Positions 16,735 through 28,264 are shown, numbered from the stretch's first letter. The stretch is 47,876 nucleotides of DNA from an uncultured Verrucomicrobiota bacterium (GCA_946544115.1 CAMNLW010000003.1:1-47876), one strand, 5' to 3'. Program-made: numbers and translations. The notes: generated by a model not told the origin, from the sequence alone.

Positions 16735-18399
16735 ATGACGATTCGCATGCTGATGGACAGGAACGCCGAGCGCTTCGGCGCGAGGAAAGTCATGACGTGG
16801 TGCCAGGACAAGGTCTGGCAGACGCGCACATGGACCGAGCTGAGGGCGCGGGTGCGCGATCTCGCCGAGGGCTACGGCACCCGCTTCGGCATCGAGGGCG
16901 GCCGCGACAACACGGCCATAATCCTCGGCAACTCGCCGGAGTGGGTCGAGAGCTACCTCGCGCAGGCCGGCGCGGGCGTCGCGGTGGTGCCGCTCGACCC
17001 CAAACTCCACGAGAGCGAGGTCGAGTACATCCTCAAGGACGCCGAGGTGACGGTCGTCACGACCGACAAGGCCCACCTGCGGATGATGATGAACCTCGCG
17101 CCGAAACTCCCGAAGCTGCGCGGAGTGGTCGTAGTCGACGGCATCATATTCGAGGGGCAGAAGATCGGCGAGTCGGTCGCGGTCGTCGGCTACGACAAGC
17201 TGCGCGTGTCGGGCGGCGGCGCCTGGTACGACGCCCATCAGCCCGCGCCGGACGACATCTCCTCGATCATCTACACGTCGGGCACGACCGGCAGGCCCAA
17301 AGGCGCGATGCTCACCCACCGCAACTTCATAAGCGACATAGAGGGCGCCATCGACACTTTCGGCGTGCCGATAAGCGAGAACGATTCACTGCTGGTGGTG
17401 CTGCCTCTCTTCCATGCGTTCAGCTTCTCGACGAACTTCATGGTGGCGATGTGCATCGGCGCCGAGCTCAAATTCGTAGAATCGCTGCGGACCGTCGGGC
17501 GCGACATATCCATTCTCAAGCCGACGGCCATCATGGCGGTTCCGCTTCTCGCGGAGAAGCTTCACGACAAGCTGGAGGAGGGTGTCAAGAAGTCGGTCGC
17601 GGCGAGTCTGCTCATCAAGCTCGGGCTCAGGGGGCCTGTGTGGCACATGGTGCGGCGCAAGCTCGGCGGCAACCTGCGCTTTGTAATCACCGGCGGCGCG
17701 CCTTGCCCGAAGCACGTGCTGGAAGGCTTCCGCCGCATCCACGTCAAGTTCATCGAGGGCTACGGCCTTACTGAATGCGCGCCGATCGTATCCGTCACGG
17801 ACTACCGCTCGAACCGCATCGGGACGATAGGGCGGCCGTGCAAAGGCGTGGAGGTGCGTCTGGCCGACAAGAACGACGCAGGCGTCGGCGAGCTGCAGGT
17901 CAAGGGCCCGAACGTCATGAAGGGCTACTTCCATAACGAGAAGGCGACGAAGGAGTCGTTCGACGGCGACTGGTTCGCGACGGGCGACCTCGCCTCCATG
18001 GATGAAGAGGGATATATAACGATACGCGGCCGCAAGAAGGCGTTGATCGTCAACCGCGAGGGGAAGAACATCTATCCCGAAGAGGTCGAGAACGTCATCG
18101 CCAAGGATCCTGCGGTGCAGGATATCATCGTCGTCGGCTACACGCAGGGAGGCGTCCCCGGCGAGCGCGTCGGCGCGATAGTGTATCCCAACGTGGACTG
18201 GTTCACGGCGGAGAACGGCGGCAAGGCGCCCGAGTGGGAGGAGATGGAGAAGGTCGTCTCCAAGCGCGTGCAGGAGCGCAGCGCCGAACTCGCCGACTAC
18301 AAACGCGTGCGCAAGGTGGAGGTGTACCGCGAACCGCTCGAACGCACGTCGGTCGGGAAGGTGCGCCGCGTTGCATACAAGGGCAGGCTCGACGAGTGA
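16735..18399 (+). CDS. Long-chain fatty acid-CoA ligase (AMP-binding family)
   Basis: IIYTSGTTGRPKG, EGYGLTEC, WFATGDL, RKK...GKNIYPEEVE; AGGAGG RBS. Confidence 0.9.
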   Translation: MTIRMLMDRNAERFGARKVMTWCQDKVWQTRTWTELRARVRDLAEGYGTRFGIEGGRDNTAIILGNSPEWVESYLAQAGAGVAVVPLDPKLHESEVEYILKDAEVTVVTTDKAHLRMMMNLAPKLPKLRGVVVVDGIIFEGQKIGESVAVVGYDKLRVSGGGAWYDAHQPAPDDISSIIYTSGTTGRPKGAMLTHRNFISDIEGAIDTFGVPISENDSLLVVLPLFHAFSFSTNFMVAMCIGAELKFVESLRTVGRDISILKPTAIMAVPLLAEKLHDKLEEGVKKSVAASLLIKLGLRGPVWHMVRRKLGGNLRFVITGGAPCPKHVLEGFRRIHVKFIEGYGLTECAPIVSVTDYRSNRIGTIGRPCKGVEVRLADKNDAGVGELQVKGPNVMKGYFHNEKATKESFDGDWFATGDLASMDEEGYITIRGRKKALIVNREGKNIYPEEVENVIAKDPAVQDIIVVGYTQGGVPGERVGAIVYPNVDWFTAENGGKAPEWEEMEKVVSKRVQERSAELADYKRVRKVEVYREPLERTSVGKVRRVAYKGRLDE

Positions 18400-19280
18400 A
18401 CACCTGCCTGATATGGCTTGAGTGGCCCGAGAAGTGCTTCCGTACAAGTGCGGAGGCGCTTTCCACGTTGCGTTCGCTTGCGCCGGCCGGGAGCAGAATC
18501 GTGCGGGCGCGCAGCGAGAGGGGGTTTCTCAAGGCCCTGCCTTCGGCGACGCACGTTCTTACATGGCACTTCCGCAGCGAGTGGTTCGCCCGTGCGCCGA
18601 AGCTGAGGCTGCTCGCTACGCCTGCCGCCGGACGTGAGCTTGTGCCTCAGAAGGGTCCGCCCGGCGTGACGATCCATTTCGGCGGTTTCCATGGCGGCGT
18701 GATGGCCGAGAGCGTCCTTGCGATGATGCTCGCCTGGTGCCGTGGCGTCGTCGCGGCAGAGAGGCTCGGACCCTGGCCGAAGATTGCGCTTTCCGAAAGA
18801 TGCTACCGTCTGGCGGGGACGCGCGCTGTCATTCTCGGCTACGGCAGGATAGGCCGCGTCGTGGGCGAAAGGCTGTCGGCGCTCGGCGTCGAGGTCGTCG
18901 GCATCACGCGCAGAAACGCGTCGATCCTGCGCGACGAGGCGAAGAAGGCCGACTGGCTCATATGCGCGCTGCCGTCCGACACTGGAACGACCGATATCGT
19001 CGACGCGCGTCTCATCTCGGCGCTGCCGAGGAGGTGCGTCGTGGTGAACGTCGGCCGCGGCAATGCGATAGACGAAGAGGCTCTGGCGAAGGCGCTCAAG
19101 AAGGGGCGTGTCGCGGCCGCGCTTCTCGACGTGTGGAAGAAGGAGCCGCTGCCGCCGGACTCGCCGCTCGCCGCGGCGGACGTCCCGAACATCGTGCGCA
19201 TGCCTCATGCCGCCGCGTTCCATCCGGGATATGTTTCGGACGCGATCCGCGAGCTCGCTTCGGAGGGTCTGCTCAAATGA
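18396..19280 (+). CDS. D-isomer-specific 2-hydroxyacid dehydrogenase family protein
   Basis: GYGRIG Rossmann motif, [27 protein letters not shown] start inferred from GTGA overlap. Confidence 0.85.
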   Translation: MNTCLIWLEWPEKCFRTSAEALSTLRSLAPAGSRIVRARSERGFLKALPSATHVLTWHFRSEWFARAPKLRLLATPAAGRELVPQKGPPGVTIHFGGFHGGVMAESVLAMMLAWCRGVVAAERLGPWPKIALSERCYRLAGTRAVILGYGRIGRVVGERLSALGVEVVGITRRNASILRDEAKKADWLICALPSDTGTTDIVDARLISALPRRCVVVNVGRGNAIDEEALAKALKKGRVAAALLDVWKKEPLPPDSPLAAADVPNIVRMPHAAAFHPGYVSDAIRELASEGLLK

Positions 19281-19747
19281 CGCGGGAAGTGCACAGCGTC
19301 GAGGAGACGTGGGCGCTTGCGCGCGAGGTCGCGGCGACGCTGAAGCCCGGCGACGTGGTATGCCTAGAGGGGGATCTCGGTGCGGGGAAGACCACTTTCA
19401 CGCAGGGGCTCGCGAAGGCGCTCGGCGTCCAGGGGCGCGTCACCAGTCCGACGTTCTGCATAGTCCAGGAGCATCGCGCCGAACGCGCGGCCCCTGGCGC
19501 GCCGTCGCTGCTGGTCCACATGGATCTCTACCGGCTGCACGGTGAAGACGACGTCCTGGCGATCGGCTGGGAGGACTATCTTGAAGAGGGCGCGGTCGCC
19601 GTTGTGGAGTGGCCGGAGCGCGCCGGCTCTCTCATCCCGACGGACGCTCTGCACATAGAGTTCCGCCATGCGGAGGGGGATGAAAGCCGTTCCGTGAGAC
19701 TCCACGGCGGGAAATTTGGTATAATGGGCGGTGTCAATGAAGCTTGA
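19277..19747 (+). CDS. tsaE: tRNA threonylcarbamoyladenosine biosynthesis ATPase TsaE
   Basis: [30 protein letters not shown]; ATGA overlap start. Confidence 0.93.
   Translation: MTREVHSVEETWALAREVAATLKPGDVVCLEGDLGAGKTTFTQGLAKALGVQGRVTSPTFCIVQEHRAERAAPGAPSLLVHMDLYRLHGEDDVLAIGWEDYLEEGAVAVVEWPERAGSLIPTDALHIEFRHAEGDESRSVRLHGGKFGIMGGVNEA
19717..19725 (+). promoter_or_regulatory. Extended -10 (TGGTATAAT) before rpe, inside tsaE 3' end
   Basis: Consensus motif; ATG 11 nt downstream. Confidence 0.55.
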
Positions 19748-20390
19748 GATCCTTCCATCGCTGCTGGCGGCCGACTACGGACGGCTTGCGGACGAGATAC
19801 TTCGCGCCGAGGCGTCGGGCGCAGACGCGCTGCATCTCGACATAATGGATTCGCACTTCGTCCCGAACCTTTCGTTCGGGCCGGACTTCGTGGCGCTTTC
19901 GCGCCGCGTGGCGCCGTCGTTCTACCGCAACGTCCACCTCATGATGTCGCGGCCCGATCTGTATATAGACGTGTTCGCGGCGGCCGGCGCGCAGACGCTG
20001 CAGATACATGTCGAGGCCGACTGCGACCTTCACGCCGAACTTGCGCACATCCGCGCGGCGGGGATGAAGGCGGCGGTGGCTCTCAACCCCGAGACGCCGG
20101 TAGAGAGGATCGCGCCGTATCTCGACGAGGTCGGGGAGGTGCTTGTCATGACCGTGCACCCCGGCTACGGCGGGCAGAAGTTCATCAAGGAGTGTCTGCC
20201 CAAGCTGGAGTGGCTTCGTGCGCGCAGACCCGCGCTGGATTTGATGGTCGACGGGGGAGTGAACGCCGAAACCGCGGTGGAGGCTGTCCGTGCGGGCGCG
20301 AACCAGCTTGTCGCCGGCAGTTATCTTTTCGGGCGGCCCGACATGTCGGCGGCGGTCGCGGATATGCGGGAACGATGCGGCTGCGGTTGA
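19737..20390 (+). CDS. rpe: Ribulose-phosphate 3-epimerase
   Basis: PSLLAAD, HLDIMDSHFVPNLSFG, VHLM, MTVHPGYGGQKF, MVDGG, LVAGS. Confidence 0.95.
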   Translation: MKLEILPSLLAADYGRLADEILRAEASGADALHLDIMDSHFVPNLSFGPDFVALSRRVAPSFYRNVHLMMSRPDLYIDVFAAAGAQTLQIHVEADCDLHAELAHIRAAGMKAAVALNPETPVERIAPYLDEVGEVLVMTVHPGYGGQKFIKECLPKLEWLRARRPALDLMVDGGVNAETAVEAVRAGANQLVAGSYLFGRPDMSAAVADMRERCGCG

Positions 20391-20415
20391 CGCAACCGGC
20401 CAAATTCGGTATAAT
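20387..20415 (+). promoter_or_regulatory. Sigma70 promoter for galK
   Basis: TTGACG-N17-TATAAT; GAAAGGAAG RBS upstream of ATG 20453. Confidence 0.75.
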
Positions 20416-20452
20416 TTCACCAATAATCTACCTAGAAGAAAGGAAGAACGCC

Positions 20453-21625
20453 ATGTTGAACCAGGAAGTCTACGATGAACTTGTCGCAAAGTTCGAGAAG
20501 ATGTACGGCGAGAAGCCGCAGGTCGTCGCCTATGCGCCGGGGCGCATAGAGGTGCTCGGGAACCATACCGACTACAACGAGGGCTATGTTTTTTCGGCGG
20601 CCATCGACAAGGGAACGTTCTTCGCGGCGTCGCCGACGGCCGATGACAGGTGCGAGCTTACGGCCGGCGATTTCATGGAGACGGCGAAGTTCACGCTCTC
20701 GACTGTCGCGCCCGCCAAGGAGATGACATGGCAGAACTATGTCACGGGAACTTTCAACTGGCTCTTCGACGGCAGGCCGGCGGAAGCGAAACACGGCTGG
20801 AAAGGCATGTTCCTCGGCAACATCCCGCTCGGTGCGGGCCTCAGCTCGTCCGCCGCGCTCGAGATGTGCACGGCTCTCGCGCTTTCAAAGATATACGGGA
20901 TCGAGAAGGACAGGACGACTCTCGCCAAGATCGGCCAGAAGGCCGAGCACACCTTCGCAGGCTGCCCGTGCGGGCTGCTCGACCAGGCCTCCTCGATGTA
21001 CGGCAAGGCGGGCGCTCTCGTGAAGAGCGACTTCCGCAGCAACACTTTCGAGACTGTCGACCTCGGGCCTACGGTTGCGTTCATGATGGTGAAGTCCAAC
21101 GCCAAGCACGCGCTTGTCGACGGCGCCTACGCGAGCCGTCGCCAGGCCTGCGAAGACGCCGCCAAGTATTTCGCAGGCGTTCTGCGCAAGCCGGTGACCC
21201 ATCTAAGAGACGTCACGATGGCCGAATGGGTCCTCTACCGCGGCGGGCTTGCCGAGACGACGGCGCGACGCGCGGTGCACCCGATCGGCGAGGACGAGCG
21301 CGTGCTGCAGGGCGCGGCGCTTCTCGAAAAAGGCGACCTCGCGGCTTTCGGCGCGCTGATGTACGACTCCCACGAGTCCAGCCGCAACTGGTTCGAGAAC
21401 TCCTGCGAGGAGCTCGATACTATAGTCGACGCCGCGAAGGCGATTCCCGAAGTGTACGGCGCGCGTCTCTCCGGCGGCGGTTTCGGCGGCAGCTGCTGCC
21501 TTCTCGTCGACCCGGCGGCGGCCGACAAGATCGCCGGGCAGATCAAGAAGGTGTATAAGGACAAGCATGGCGACGAGCCGTCGGTGAGCCTTATCAAGCC
21601 GTCCGACGGCGCCCATCTCGTCTAA
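20453..21625 (+). CDS. galK: Galactokinase (GHMP kinase)
   Basis: APGRIEVLGNHTDYNEG, IPLGAGLSSSAA, CGLLDQ, GARLSGGGFGG. Confidence 0.92.
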   Translation: MLNQEVYDELVAKFEKMYGEKPQVVAYAPGRIEVLGNHTDYNEGYVFSAAIDKGTFFAASPTADDRCELTAGDFMETAKFTLSTVAPAKEMTWQNYVTGTFNWLFDGRPAEAKHGWKGMFLGNIPLGAGLSSSAALEMCTALALSKIYGIEKDRTTLAKIGQKAEHTFAGCPCGLLDQASSMYGKAGALVKSDFRSNTFETVDLGPTVAFMMVKSNAKHALVDGAYASRRQACEDAAKYFAGVLRKPVTHLRDVTMAEWVLYRGGLAETTARRAVHPIGEDERVLQGAALLEKGDLAAFGALMYDSHESSRNWFENSCEELDTIVDAAKAIPEVYGARLSGGGFGGSCCLLVDPAAADKIAGQIKKVYKDKHGDEPSVSLIKPSDGAHLV

Positions 21626-21639
21626 TGGAGGCAGATGTC

Positions 21640-22779
21640 ATGAACAAGATCGTCAAAACGCTTGTATGCGCCACTGCCGTGGCGGCTGCGGCGTCGGCCG
21701 ACGCGCAGTTCGGCGAGCCGGCCGCGGATGCGGATGAAACGGTTGAGACGGCCGCCGGCGAGCCGGCCGCCGAGGAGGAAGAGACCGTCGCGGAAGACGG
21801 CGATGCCGCGGCAAAGCCCGCGGTCAAGGCGCCCGACGGCAAGCCTTTCCATCTTATGCCTCTCTGCCGCATCGCCGAGGGCCGTTGCGAATGCAGGCTT
21901 CCGGGCGCCGCCGGATGGACCGAGATCGAGGAAGGCCGGTTCTATCCGCTGGGCACTTCGTTCCGCGCCGTCGGCGCAGAGTCCAGCATGGCGGTCCAGT
22001 TCGGCTACGAGAGCGAAGTCGTTGTCTACGGCGGCGCGGCGTTCGGCGCCATGCCCGCCCCTCTGGGCGACAGGCATCGCACGATCGCCCTGATGTCGGG
22101 CAAAATAACGGTCAAGCTGCCGCGCAATCTCGAGCCAGGTCTGTTCACTGTTACGGCACCGGGCTTCACAGCCTGCGATCTCGCCGGCGAGTCCCGCTAC
22201 TCATACGCGACGACGGGTGACGGCGACGAGGCGGTGGTGCGCTGCGTCACCGGCGTGATGGCTCTCAAGGGCCGTCACTTCGACATCCCCAGGATGACGG
22301 TCGCTAACGAACTGCGCATACGCACTTCGCAGGATCTTCTCTTCACGGGGCTTTACGGCAACAGCGGCGACTTCGAGGTCCGTCTCGATCAGGGCGTCGT
22401 CTCGGTCGTGGATTTCGAGACCAAGGAGGAGCGTGTCGAGCCCAAGACGCTCATCTGGCGTCTTTCGCCCAAGACGGCGGTGCGAATCCACCGCGCGAAG
22501 CCTTCGATCGGCGAGAGGATGTCCGTCACGGTCATGACCTTCGACGCTAACGGCGAGCTCAAGAACCGCTGCGCGTTCGCCGAGGGCCGCCCCGAGATCA
22601 ACACCGGGGAGCAGGGCGTGGGCGCGCTTGCCGAGCAGGACGCGGAGCGTCAGCGCAAGGCGGCCGAGGCTGCGGACGCGGTCTCCGAGGAAGAGGGTGA
22701 CGAGGAGGAAGAATCCTCCGAGGAGGCTCCTGCCGAAGAAGAGGCCGGGTCTTCCGGTGACGGCGACGACGTTTTCTGA
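21640..22779 (+). CDS. Secreted protein with FecR-like beta domain and acidic termini
   Basis: GGAGG RBS; signal peptide; segment (GTSFRAVGAESSMAVQF...IALMSGKITV...FTVTAP...VRCVTGVMAL) resembling FecR; Glu/Asp-rich ends. Confidence 0.55.
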   Translation: MNKIVKTLVCATAVAAAASADAQFGEPAADADETVETAAGEPAAEEEETVAEDGDAAAKPAVKAPDGKPFHLMPLCRIAEGRCECRLPGAAGWTEIEEGRFYPLGTSFRAVGAESSMAVQFGYESEVVVYGGAAFGAMPAPLGDRHRTIALMSGKITVKLPRNLEPGLFTVTAPGFTACDLAGESRYSYATTGDGDEAVVRCVTGVMALKGRHFDIPRMTVANELRIRTSQDLLFTGLYGNSGDFEVRLDQGVVSVVDFETKEERVEPKTLIWRLSPKTAVRIHRAKPSIGERMSVTVMTFDANGELKNRCAFAEGRPEINTGEQGVGALAEQDAERQRKAAEAADAVSEEEGDEEEESSEEAPAEEEAGSSGDGDDVF

Positions 22780-22824
22780 CAACAAACACTGAAAGCAACA
22801 TCATAGAGGCCAAACGGCAATACA

Positions 22825-24468
22825 ATGGTTATTCTGCAGTTCAACAAGCTGATCCGCAACAAGTGGGTCTGGGGTGCGTTCGCGGTGGTCATATCCGCTG
22901 CGTTCTGCTTTGACGATCTTTTCACGACGCGCGAGCGCGAAGAGCGTTCCGGCGGCGATGCGGGCGTTCTCGCCGGCGAGCCGGTGAAGGCTTCTGTCTT
23001 CAACGCCGTGGCTGACGATGTGCGCGGCATCGGCCGCAACCGCGACTGGCGCCGCAAGACTTCGGAGGTCAACCGCGTCGCGTGGGAGACGCTCGCAACG
23101 CTTCTCGTGGCCGACCGCAACGGAATCGCGGCGACCGACGCCGAAGTTCGCGATACGATCCGCCGCGACCGCTCGTTCGAGGCCAACGGGCAGTTCAGCT
23201 TCGCCCTCTACCAGCGTCTTCTGAGGGAGAACTCCGTGACGCCCGAGAGGTTCGAGGAGTTTCTCAAGCGCCGCCTTACTACGTCCCGTATCGAGGACCG
23301 CATGCTGGAGGCGGCCGCGTGGGTCTCGCCCATGGAGATCGACCGCGCCGTAGCCGACATGACCGACAGCTTCACCGTCCGCGTGGCACGCTTCCGCCAG
23401 ACGCAGGCCGAGGTCGACGCCGTGAGCCTCGACGACGAGGGCTTGAAGAAGTGGTATGAGGACAACAAGTCTTCGCTCGCCCTGCCCGACCGCATCAAGG
23501 TTCGCCTCGTGAAGTTCGACGCGACGAAGGAGGACGTCCTCGCGAAGATGTCCGTCACCGAGGACGAGATGCGCGACCACTATGACGCGACGATCGACAA
23601 GTATACTTCGACCGACACCAACGGGGTCGAGGTCGTAAAGGCTTTCGACGACGTGAAGGGCGATATCGAGAAGGAGCTGCGCCGCATCGCGGCCGTCCAG
23701 TTCTTCGAGACGAACCTCAACCGGCGCGTCTACGCCGAGCAGGCCGGGGCCGGGGCTTCGCGCCTCGACGCCATAGCCAAAGAGGACGGTCTTGAGGTTG
23801 TGACGAGCGACTGGTTCACGCTTGACGGCGGCTATGTCGAGGGCTTCATGAAGCGTGCGACGTCCATCTGCCCCGGCGCGAACGGATTCGCCGAGGCGGT
23901 CGCCGAGCTTGATCCTTCCAGCGAGGATCTGCGCTACTGCGTCGTGAGCTCCGACAGGGCCGTGTGGCTCGTCGAGACCGCCGAGACCAGCCCTGCGCAC
24001 ACGCCTGATTTCGACGAGGCCAAGAATGTGGTGCGCCCGCGTGCGCTGCGCGACGCCCAGGCGGAGGCGTTCAAGGCGTCCGTCGAGGCCATCGCGGCCA
24101 AGGGCGCCGAGGCGGTTCTCGCGACGGCGAACGTTTCAACCAACATCACTTTCGCGGTGTGCGACCTCCAGCAGGGCGACTTCCCCGACCAGCGCGTGAT
24201 AGCTTCTGCCGCACGCAAGCTCGCGAAGGGCGAAGTCTCCGAGTTCGCCAGGACCGGTTCGCGTTCGGGGCTTCTGGTCGTCTGCGAAGACCGCCAGAGC
24301 GGTGACGCGGCCAAGGCCACGCTGCTTTCCGCTCAGGTTCGCGACGAGGTCGCCCGCCTCCAGGCCGGGCAGCTTCCCGAGGCGTGGCGCAGGTGGAATC
24401 TCGAGAGGCTCGGTTTCGAGCCTGGCGAGGGCGCTTCGGTCGATGAGGCCGAGGACGTTGAAGAGTGA
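22825..24468 (+). CDS. PpiD-like periplasmic chaperone (SurA N-terminal domain, membrane-anchored)
   Basis: N-terminal TM anchor; [13 protein letters not shown]...F..NGQFS..LY..LL; [12 protein letters not shown]...F..P..; P.FDEAK..V pattern of PpiD. Confidence 0.7.
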   Translation: MVILQFNKLIRNKWVWGAFAVVISAAFCFDDLFTTREREERSGGDAGVLAGEPVKASVFNAVADDVRGIGRNRDWRRKTSEVNRVAWETLATLLVADRNGIAATDAEVRDTIRRDRSFEANGQFSFALYQRLLRENSVTPERFEEFLKRRLTTSRIEDRMLEAAAWVSPMEIDRAVADMTDSFTVRVARFRQTQAEVDAVSLDDEGLKKWYEDNKSSLALPDRIKVRLVKFDATKEDVLAKMSVTEDEMRDHYDATIDKYTSTDTNGVEVVKAFDDVKGDIEKELRRIAAVQFFETNLNRRVYAEQAGAGASRLDAIAKEDGLEVVTSDWFTLDGGYVEGFMKRATSICPGANGFAEAVAELDPSSEDLRYCVVSSDRAVWLVETAETSPAHTPDFDEAKNVVRPRALRDAQAEAFKASVEAIAAKGAEAVLATANVSTNITFAVCDLQQGDFPDQRVIASAARKLAKGEVSEFARTGSRSGLLVVCEDRQSGDAAKATLLSAQVRDEVARLQAGQLPEAWRRWNLERLGFEPGEGASVDEAEDVEE

Positions 24469-24475
24469 CGCGGTC

Positions 24476-24904
24476 ATGACGGTCAGGTTCAAGCGCATCC
24501 ATCCTGCGGCGACGCTTCCTGCCTATGCGCACGAAGATGATGCGGGTATGGATATAAGGAGCGTCGAGGACGTTGAAATCGCCCCCGGCGCCCGCGCGCT
24601 TGTCCATACAGGTCTTGTGATGGCGCTGCCTCCAGGGTGGGAGGCTCAGGTGAGACCGAGGAGCGGCCTTGCCCTGAAGAACGGCGTTACGGTTCTCAAC
24701 ACGCCCGGCACGATCGACGCTGGCTATCGCGGGGAGGTCGGCGTGATACTGGCCAATTTCGGCGATGCGCCTTTCCGCGTGGCGCCGGGTGACAAGATAG
24801 CGCAGATAGTTGTCGCGCCGGTCGTCCGCGCCGGTATCGCCGAGGCGGACGAAGTCGACGCGACTGAGCGCGGCGCGGGCGGTTTCGGCTCGACGGGAGT
24901 CTGA
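24476..24904 (+). CDS. dut: dUTP diphosphatase
   Basis: [35 protein letters not shown] (all five dUTPase motifs). Confidence 0.97.
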   Translation: MTVRFKRIHPAATLPAYAHEDDAGMDIRSVEDVEIAPGARALVHTGLVMALPPGWEAQVRPRSGLALKNGVTVLNTPGTIDAGYRGEVGVILANFGDAPFRVAPGDKIAQIVVAPVVRAGIAEADEVDATERGAGGFGSTGV

Positions 24905-24906
24905 AC

Positions 24907-25452
24907 ATGGTTCTCAAAGTCTGCAAGTACGGTGAGAAGGTTCTTCGCGAGAAAGCGTCTCCGGTCGCGGTAGTGACCGACGATCTGCGCAAGACCGCCG
25001 GCGACATGCTGGAGACGATGCACAAGGCGAAGGGCGTGGGCCTCGCCGCGCAGCAGGTCGGGCGCACCGAGCGCATGTGCGTCATCGACATTCCAGAGGG
25101 ATGCGACGAACCCGAGGACGAGCTTTTCAACGCGCCTATCGCGATGCCTTTGATGTTGTGGAATCCCGAGATCGTCATGCAGGAGGGGGCGGTCTGCGAC
25201 AAGGAAGGGTGTCTCAGCTTCCCGGGCGTGGGCGGTTCGCTCACTCGCGCCGCGCAGGTGACGGTTCGCTACCTCGACGCCGAGAACAACCCCCAGACGA
25301 TCACGGCCCGCGGATATCTGGCGCGCGCGCTCCAGCACGAGATAGACCATCTTGACGGGATTCTCTACATCGACCGCATGTCGGCGGTGGAGCGTCTCAA
25401 GTACGCCGCGAAGCTCAAGAAGCTCGCTAAGTCGAACGGCGGTGCGCGCTGA
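24907..25452 (+). CDS. def: Peptide deformylase
   Basis: GVGLAAQQVG, EGCLSFP, QHEIDHLDG. Confidence 0.97.
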   Translation: MVLKVCKYGEKVLREKASPVAVVTDDLRKTAGDMLETMHKAKGVGLAAQQVGRTERMCVIDIPEGCDEPEDELFNAPIAMPLMLWNPEIVMQEGAVCDKEGCLSFPGVGGSLTRAAQVTVRYLDAENNPQTITARGYLARALQHEIDHLDGILYIDRMSAVERLKYAAKLKKLAKSNGGAR

Positions 25453-25511
25453 AGGCCCGGCCGGCCCGAGCGCGTCTTCGCACATATCTTTAGAATGAAA
25501 GAAGGATAGAA

Positions 25512-26792
25512 ATGATAGACATAAAGAAACTCAGGGACGAATTCGACGCGACGGCCGCCGCTCTTGCGCGCCGCGGGGTCGAAAAGTCCGTGCTCGAAAA
25601 GGCGCGCGATCTGGACGCGAAGCGCCGCGCGCTCGTCGGCGAGACCGAGACTCTCAAGGCCAGGCGCAACGCGGCGTCGAAGGAGATCGGCAAGATAGCC
25701 AAGGAGGGTGGCGACATCGCCGCCGCCAAGGAGGAGATGCGCAAGGTGGGCGACAGGATCGCGGAGATCGACCGCGAGCTCGCGACGGTCGAGCACGACC
25801 TGCGCGAGACGCTTCTCATGATTCCAAACATACCCGCCCCCGAGATTCCGACGGGCATGGACAGCTCCGCCAACGTCGTCGTGCGCAAGGTGGGCGAGTG
25901 GAAAGACCCGGACTTCAAGATTCTCGACCACATGAGCGTCGGCGAGAAGCTCGGGATATTCGACTTCCCGCGCGGCGTGAAGCTCACAGGCACCGGCTTC
26001 CCCATAATCCTCGGCCAGGGCGCGAAGCTGCAGCGAGCCCTCATCCAATACATGCTGGACGTCCACTGCCAGACGCAGGGCTACACCGAGATGCTGCCGC
26101 CTTTTGTCGTCAACAGCGATTCGATGACGGGAACCGGCCAGCTGCCGAAGTTCGCCGAAGATCTCTACCACTGCCAGATCGACGATTTCTGGCTCATCCC
26201 GACTGCAGAGGTCCCGGTTACCAACTACTACCGCGACGACATTCTGCAGGCGAAGGACCTGCCGATCAAGCTCACGGCCTACACGCCGTGCTTCCGCCGC
26301 GAGGCGGGGTCCGCCGGGAAGATGACCCGCGGCATGCTGCGCGTGCACCAGTTCGACAAGGTGGAGATGGTGAATTTCGTCCATCCCGACACGTCCTTCC
26401 AGCAGCTTGAGATACTTGTCAAGGAGGCCGAGGCGATTCTCACAGGTCTTGGGCTGCACTTCCGGGTGCTCTTGCTCTGCTCGGGCGACATGGGCTTTTC
26501 GGCCGCGAAGTGCTACGACCTCGAACTCTGGGCTCCCGGAGAACAGCAGTGGCTTGAAGTGAGCTCGTGCAGCTGCTTCACCGATTATCAGGCGCGCCGC
26601 CTCAACTGCCGCTTCAAGGACGCCGACGGCAAGACGCGTCTCGTCCACACGCTTAACGGATCCGGCGTGGCTCTGCCGCGCCTCATGGTGGCGCTCCTCG
26701 AGCAGCACCAGAACGCCGACGGCTCGGTTACGATACCCGAGGTTCTGCGTCCTTACATGAACGGACAGGAGAAGCTTCTCCCCGTGAAGTGA
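25512..26792 (+). CDS. serS: Serine--tRNA ligase
   Basis: N-terminal coiled-coil arm; [37 protein letters not shown]. Confidence 0.97.
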   Translation: MIDIKKLRDEFDATAAALARRGVEKSVLEKARDLDAKRRALVGETETLKARRNAASKEIGKIAKEGGDIAAAKEEMRKVGDRIAEIDRELATVEHDLRETLLMIPNIPAPEIPTGMDSSANVVVRKVGEWKDPDFKILDHMSVGEKLGIFDFPRGVKLTGTGFPIILGQGAKLQRALIQYMLDVHCQTQGYTEMLPPFVVNSDSMTGTGQLPKFAEDLYHCQIDDFWLIPTAEVPVTNYYRDDILQAKDLPIKLTAYTPCFRREAGSAGKMTRGMLRVHQFDKVEMVNFVHPDTSFQQLEILVKEAEAILTGLGLHFRVLLLCSGDMGFSAAKCYDLELWAPGEQQWLEVSSCSCFTDYQARRLNCRFKDADGKTRLVHTLNGSGVALPRLMVALLEQHQNADGSVTIPEVLRPYMNGQEKLLPVK

Positions 26793-26823
26793 TTTTCCAC
26801 CAAACCACGAAAGGAACCAAACG

Positions 26824-27375
26824 ATGAAAAGATGGGTCTGCCCGGTCTGCGGGTATGTCTACGAAGGTGACGTTGCTCCAGAGAAATGCCCCCAGTGCGG
26901 CGTTCCTGGCAGCAAGTTCAAGGAAGAGGCCGTCCAGGCCGGCAAGAAGGTCTGGGCGTGCGAGCACACGGTCGGCGCCGGCAAGGTCGACGACGCCGAG
27001 GTGACGCAGGGTCTCAAGGACCACTTCAACGGCGAGTGCGCCGAGGTCGGCATGTATCTCGCGATGTCGCGCCAGGCCGAACGCGAGGGCTATCCCGAGA
27101 TCGCCGAGGCGTTCAAGCGCTATGCGTTCGAAGAGGCCGAGCACGCGGCGAAGTTCGCCGAGCTTCTCGGCGAGGTTCTCACCGACTCCACGAAGAAGAA
27201 CGTCGCCATGCGCGCCGACGCCGAGCAGGGCGCCTGCGCCGCCAAGCTCGCCATCGCCAAGCGCGCGAAGGAGCTCGGCTACGACGCGATCCACGACACG
27301 GTGCATGAGATGGCCAAGGACGAGGCCCGCCACGGCGCAGGCTTCGAAGGCCTCCTGAACCGCTACTTCAAGTAA
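26824..27375 (+). CDS. Reverse rubrerythrin (N-terminal rubredoxin-like domain plus ferritin-like domain)
   Basis: WVCPVCGY...CPQCG, followed by GECAEVGMY...EEAEHA...DEARHG diiron ligands. Confidence 0.9.
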   Translation: MKRWVCPVCGYVYEGDVAPEKCPQCGVPGSKFKEEAVQAGKKVWACEHTVGAGKVDDAEVTQGLKDHFNGECAEVGMYLAMSRQAEREGYPEIAEAFKRYAFEEAEHAAKFAELLGEVLTDSTKKNVAMRADAEQGACAAKLAIAKRAKELGYDAIHDTVHEMAKDEARHGAGFEGLLNRYFK

Positions 27376-27378
27376 GCA

Positions 27379-28236
27379 GTGGAAATAAGTTCTCCCAGCA
27401 ACCCCAGGCTCAAGCATGTCGTGAAGCTTCGCAGCTGCGCGGCGCGCGAAGAGTTCGGCGAGATGATCGTCGAGGGTTACAGGGAGTGCCGTCGCGCGCT
27501 GGACAACGGCTATCGTCCGCGCGCGATGTTCCACTGTCCGGATTTCTATCTAAAGAACGAGAACGAGCCCGCGCTTGTCGAAGAGTGTGCGAGGCTCGGC
27601 GCGGAGGTCTACACGTGCTCAAAGACCTGTTTCGCGAAGATAGCCTACAAGGAGCGTCCCGACGGGCTGCTGATGATCGGCCCGCACGTGTCGATCGGCC
27701 TGGACGCCCTCAAACTGCCCGAGAACGCGCTCGTAATAGTGACCGAGGCCATCGAGAAACCGGGCAACCTCGGGACGATTCTCCGTTCGGCCGACGCCGC
27801 GAAGGTCGCGGCGGTTATCGTGTGCGACCGCACGACCGACATACACAACCCGAACGTGGTGCGCGCTTCTACCGGGACTATGTTCTCGGTGCCGATCGTC
27901 GAGGCGACGGGTGAAGAGGCTCTCGCCTGGCTCAAGGCGCGCGGCTTCAAGATACTGGCCGCAACGCCTCACGCCGAAAAACTGCACTTCGAGGTCGATC
28001 TCACAGGCAACGTCGCGATTGCTCTCGGCGCCGAGCAGTACGGCCTCACCGCGAAGTGGATGGACGGCGCGGAGCTTCGCGTGAGAATCCCCATGCTCGG
28101 CCTCGCCGATTCGCTCAACGTCTCGGCCGCCGCGACGATCCTCGTCTACGAGGCTGTGCGCCAGCGCATAGCCGCCGGAATCGACCGTGTGCCGGATTTC
28201 GTCCCGTGGCACGGCGAGGGCCGCCACGACCATTGA
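27379..28236 (+). CDS. TrmH/SpoU-family RNA 2'-O-methyltransferase
   Basis: ISSPSNPRLK, EKPGNLGTILRSADA, GAEQYGL, IPM.G..DSLNVS; GTG start. Confidence 0.92.
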   Translation: MEISSPSNPRLKHVVKLRSCAAREEFGEMIVEGYRECRRALDNGYRPRAMFHCPDFYLKNENEPALVEECARLGAEVYTCSKTCFAKIAYKERPDGLLMIGPHVSIGLDALKLPENALVIVTEAIEKPGNLGTILRSADAAKVAAVIVCDRTTDIHNPNVVRASTGTMFSVPIVEATGEEALAWLKARGFKILAATPHAEKLHFEVDLTGNVAIALGAEQYGLTAKWMDGAELRVRIPMLGLADSLNVSAAATILVYEAVRQRIAAGIDRVPDFVPWHGEGRHDH

Positions 28237-28245
28237 CGAAAAAAA

Positions 28246-28254
28246 TGGTATAAT
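28246..28254 (+). promoter_or_regulatory. Extended -10 (TGGTATAAT) before aminotransferase
   Basis: Consensus motif; ATG 10 nt downstream; no SD. Confidence 0.6.
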
Positions 28255-28264
28255 ACTTTCTCCA

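Noticed and set aside
28233-28238. TTGACG as -35 for the aminotransferase promoter
   Set aside because: Only 10 bp from the -10, incompatible with sigma70 spacing.
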